This document shows positions 62,824-64,000 of a DNA stretch of 64,000 nt, piece after piece. The position numbers and the translations under genes are program-made. The stretch is taken from positions 4,032,001 to 4,096,000 of the forward strand of contig OY969811.1 of NCBI GenBank assembly GCA_963703315.1, in the 5' to 3' direction. Position 1 is the stretch's first letter. The number at the start of each line of letters is the position of its first letter. This DNA comes from an uncultured cyanobacterium. GTDB lineage: Bacteria; Cyanobacteriota; Cyanobacteriia; Pseudanabaenales; Pseudanabaenaceae. The notes under the pieces are model-generated. The model did not search any database and was not told the DNA's origin. It saw only the letters and a list, made by a program, of their open reading frames with translations.

Positions 62824-63177
62824 AGCAAAGCCCCAATCATTTAAATAGAAACACTAGAAAGCTGACTTGCCCTAATACCCTATAATTACTATTCCCACAA
62901 ATTGCCTTGAAATTAATTCAAAAAATATAGAGTGCTTGAAAGGGGTGATCCTCTGCATTGACAGCGATCGCCGCCAATCCAAAGATCGGGCGATCGCCCA
63001 TGCTTTAGGATTTAATGACACCTTAGTTTATGATGATTAAGCTGTAATGCTGATAACTAAGGTTAAAGTGCTAACGTCAATAAGTGACATAGCCTAGAAT
63101 AAGCATATAGCTTTTATAAAACGGTTTGTAGACAAGGACTAGTAAATTGCTAGCCGCACCTGTTGTTTTGATGATTT

Positions 63178-63528
63178 ATGGCTAGATACACTCAACATTT
63201 CTTAGTTGAAATCGCTCCCGAAGACCTGCATTCAACGATTGTCAAGACGTTGGAAGCTTGCAGCTTGGTTATCACCTATGAGACCGATGACTACGTGCTT
63301 GCTCAAGAAATCGAGACTAATGCCTCGTTTGCCAAAATGGTAACGGTTGAAGTCTTGATCCATCGTTCCGAAATCGAAGGCAATCAAGCAAAATTAACTA
63401 GCGTTACCAAAAATGCTGAACTCCCTTTACGGGTTAACAATTACTGTCATGGAATTTCTGACCGTGTTTCTAAAGCATTCTGTGACAACTCAGCATGGAA
63501 ACTCCTAGAAGTTACTTCAGGATATTAG
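63178..63528 (+). CDS. Conserved hypothetical cyanobacterial protein
   Basis: 'MARYT', 'KMVTVEVLI', 'KNAELPL..NNYC'. Confidence 0.7.
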   Translation: MARYTQHFLVEIAPEDLHSTIVKTLEACSLVITYETDDYVLAQEIETNASFAKMVTVEVLIHRSEIEGNQAKLTSVTKNAELPLRVNNYCHGISDRVSKAFCDNSAWKLLEVTSGY

Positions 63529-63529
63529 A

Positions 63530-63634
63530 TATAGCGGTTTTCATTTTGCTGTAGGCAAAATGAAAACTCAAAACTGTTACTGGGATTGATTTTTTGTTTG
63601 CAAATGAGTACGCACTCATTTGCAAACCGCTATA
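63530..63634. mobile_element. TATAGCGGTTT...AAACCGCTATA MITE-like element
   Basis: 11-bp TIR enclosing two hairpins (TTTTCATTTTGC/GCAAAATGAAAA; TTTGCAAATGAGT/ACTCATTTGCAAA). Confidence 0.7.
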
Positions 63635-63650
63635 GTATTAATGGGAATAA

Positions 63651-64000
63651 ATGGCAAATTATTATCGGGTTCTCGCCGAAAATCGGCAAGCTAGATTTAA
63701 TTACGAAATCCTCGAAACCTATGAAGCAGGGATCGAGTTACTTGGCACAGAAGTTAAATCGATCAAAGGGGGCAAAGCAAATCTACGGGATGCTTATGGC
63801 ATTGTGCGTAAAGGGCAGATTATGTTGCTCAATATGTATATTGCCCCACACCACACCACCAGTGTCTATTTTAATCATGAGCCAACGCGCACTCGTCGCT
63901 TGCTTCTGCATAAGTTGGAAATTCGTAAATTGATTGCCGAAGTGCAGCAAAAGGGTTTGACTCTAGTACCGCTTAAGGTGTATCAGAAAGACGGTTGGAT
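63651..64000 (+). CDS. smpB: SsrA-binding protein, 3'-truncated by window edge (absent from ORF track)
   Basis: MANYYRVLAENRQARFNYEILETYEAGIELLGTEVKSIK...NHEPTRTRRLLLHK.EI...GLTLVPL. Confidence 0.95.
   Translation, partial: MANYYRVLAENRQARFNYEILETYEAGIELLGTEVKSIKGGKANLRDAYGIVRKGQIMLLNMYIAPHHTTSVYFNHEPTRTRRLLLHKLEIRKLIAEVQQKGLTLVPLKVYQKDGW

Noticed and set aside
63586..63933. 115-aa ORF from the track
   Set aside because: Out-of-frame overlap with smpB (63651 onward) and a MITE.

Overview
A 64 kb chromosomal window from a cyanobacterium. HIP1 (GCGATCGC) is frequent in core genes, and kaiABC, hli genes and a cyanobacterial-type rrn operon are present; it is probably Pseudanabaena-like (inference from the 16S and repeat style). 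Core genes: pcrA/uvrD, a Ser/Thr kinase, glcD, putA, murE, cyaC, ftsW/rodA, grx4, a carotenoid oxygenase, 16S-tRNAIle-tRNAAla-23S-5S, kaiABC, pheA and partial smpB. Two AT-rich accessory islands stand out. (i) 1-6.5 kb holds a PIN toxin, an EACC1-like gene plus caspase-RDD, a TA pair broken by IS1 and a frameshift, HEPN/MNT and Uma2. (ii) 15.9-21.7 kb, between putA and murE, holds co-oriented defence/TA modules (Mrr_N-HNH, DUF29, TdeIII-family R-M, MNT-HEPN, RelE-HTH). These are punctuated by five degenerate direct copies of the 5' end of the DUF29 gene, with several breakpoints at HIP1 sites. This integrase-free, integron-like array is the most striking observation. Also notable: a P-loop ATPase plus STAND-WD40 (NLR-like) pair, a cobalamin riboswitch before an unknown gene, a duplicated hli unit flanking a deletion scar, TATAGC...GCTATA palindromic MITEs, a kaiA-divergent hybrid kinase with pseudo-receiver, and a cytoplasmic UrtA/AmiC-PAS-PAS-adenylate cyclase. 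All family assignments come from motif recognition by eye, not database searches.
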